A DNA stretch of 6,628 bases from Delftia acidovorans NBRC 14950. GTDB taxonomy: Bacteria; Pseudomonadota; Gammaproteobacteria; Burkholderiales; Burkholderiaceae_C. Below are positions 5,891 through 6,628 of the stretch, piece after piece. The DNA lies in the NCBI RefSeq assembly GCF_001598795.1, contig NZ_BCZP01000055.1, positions 1 to 6,628 on the forward strand. Reading direction: 5' to 3'. The translations under genes were made by a program, and so were the position numbers. Numbering within the stretch: position 1 is the stretch's first letter; every line of letters begins with the position of its first letter. The notes beneath the pieces were generated by a model. The model saw nothing but the letters and a program-made list of their open reading frames with translations. It was not told the origin of the DNA and searched no databases.

Positions 5891-5902
5891 GCGCACACGC
5901 TG

Positions 5903-6352
5903 TCAGGCGTTCGTGTAGATCAGATCCAGGGCGAAGAGGCCTGCGGCCGTGCCCGCGCCTGTGACCTTCAGGACGATGTGGCGGTCTTCGTCCTTGGGCA
6001 CCAGCTTGGCAAAGGCTGCAGGCACCAGGTGCACATAGCCGCCGGCCGCGCCGGCGTCGTTGTCCGTCACCCAGGCACCGCCGCCGTCGTCGGCCGCAGC
6101 GCTGATGTCGCCGGCCGCATCCGCCAGGCCGATGGAGGCCTTGAAGCCCGCGCCCAGGGCGGCAGGCACGCGGATGAACAGGGACACGGGCAGCGTGCCA
6201 GCGGGCAGGATGCCGATGACGCCACGGGCGCCGACTGCGTGGTCTGCCACGGCTAGGGGCTGGCCGAAGCGCGAGCGCACCAGCTCGGAGCCGCCAGGGG
6301 TGATGGGTGCCTGATGGCCTGCGGCCACGGCACTGAGTTGTTTGAAAGCCAT
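5903..6352 (-). CDS. capsid-associated protein, candidate head decoration/cement protein, 149 aa
   Basis: Strong AAGGAG Shine-Dalgarno sequence 6 nt upstream of ATG 6352. It lies directly downstream of the major capsid gene. It is Gly/Ala-rich and beta-type; the motif GVIGILPAGTLPVSLFIRVPAA ... IVLKVTGAGTAAGLFALDLIY resembles, from memory, small jelly-roll proteins encoded beside capsid genes (xVIELGxLPAGxxV ... final beta strand ending xxVxY). The function is inferred from position and pattern only. Confidence 0.8.
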   Translation of the reverse strand: MAFKQLSAVAAGHQAPITPGGSELVRSRFGQPLAVADHAVGARGVIGILPAGTLPVSLFIRVPAALGAGFKASIGLADAAGDISAAADDGGGAWVTDNDAGAAGGYVHLVPAAFAKLVPKDEDRHIVLKVTGAGTAAGLFALDLIYTNA

Positions 6353-6381
6353 GTCTGACTCCTTCTATTCGTTGGGTTGGA

Positions 6382-6628
6382 TCAGCGCGACGCAGCGGCC
6401 GTGTCGATGCCGTAGACGCCGTGATCCTGCTTCTCGCCCTCGATCTCGAAGACCGACTTCTTGACGCCGAAGATGGACGACGTGGTGATCACGACCTGGT
6501 TGCCGTTGTCGCGGGTTTCCTCGTGCCAGCCGTAGCGCATGCCCGTGCCCGGCGAGCCGAACGCCATCACGCCGGCCTGCGCACCCATGAACAGCGCGCG
6601 CGCCGTTTCCAGGTCGCCCGTGGCGCCA
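6382..6628 (-). CDS. major capsid protein, C-terminal fragment (the gene continues beyond the right window edge)
   Basis: The frame stays open upstream of the track Met to the window edge (GATGDLETARALF-MGAQAGVMAFGSPGTGMRYGWHEETRDNGNQVVITTSSIFGVKKSVFEIEGEKQDHGVYGIDTAAASR). The pattern LxGAQAxxxAFG ... W.EE..D.GNQ ... IFG.KK.VF ... D.GV..IDT matches my recollection of the C-termini of HK97-fold capsid proteins of the N4-gp56-like family. The stop is TGA at 6384..6382. Confidence 0.8.
   Translation of the reverse strand, partial: GATGDLETARALFMGAQAGVMAFGSPGTGMRYGWHEETRDNGNQVVITTSSIFGVKKSVFEIEGEKQDHGVYGIDTAAASR

Noticed and set aside
1-6628. Search for CRISPR repeats, tRNA/rRNA genes, IS elements, integrase or att sites, toxin-antitoxin or defence genes
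   Set aside because: I saw no regularly spaced exact repeats, no cloverleaf-like or rRNA-like segments, and no recombinase-like ORFs. Every credible ORF fits a virion structural operon or is unassignable.

Overview
The window reads as one minus-strand, tightly packed late (virion structural) operon of a tailed phage or prophage in a high-GC (about 65-70 %) genome. From right to left it contains: the 3' end of a major capsid gene, a small capsid-associated protein, a structured intergenic region with a terminator-like hairpin, a small acidic protein, two ~205-210 aa neck/adaptor-like virion proteins, a 138 aa conserved virion protein, a 348 aa protein with a basic repeat region joined to a fiber-adaptor-like domain, a 543 aa tail fiber, a translationally coupled 153 aa accessory protein, and a further ORF that runs off the left edge and is missing from the supplied ORF track. 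All long plus-strand ORFs look like antisense shadows typical of high-GC DNA. I found no tRNA, rRNA, CRISPR array, transposase or integrase, and no reverse transcriptase or template repeat that would indicate a diversity-generating retroelement. I cannot point to a clearly novel multi-gene system. The items most worth a second look are a low-GC receptor-binding cassette in the tail fiber locus, the repeat/adaptor composite protein, the terminator/alternative-helix region after the capsid genes, and the unlisted ORF at the left edge. All family assignments come from remembered motif patterns and hand translation, not database searches.
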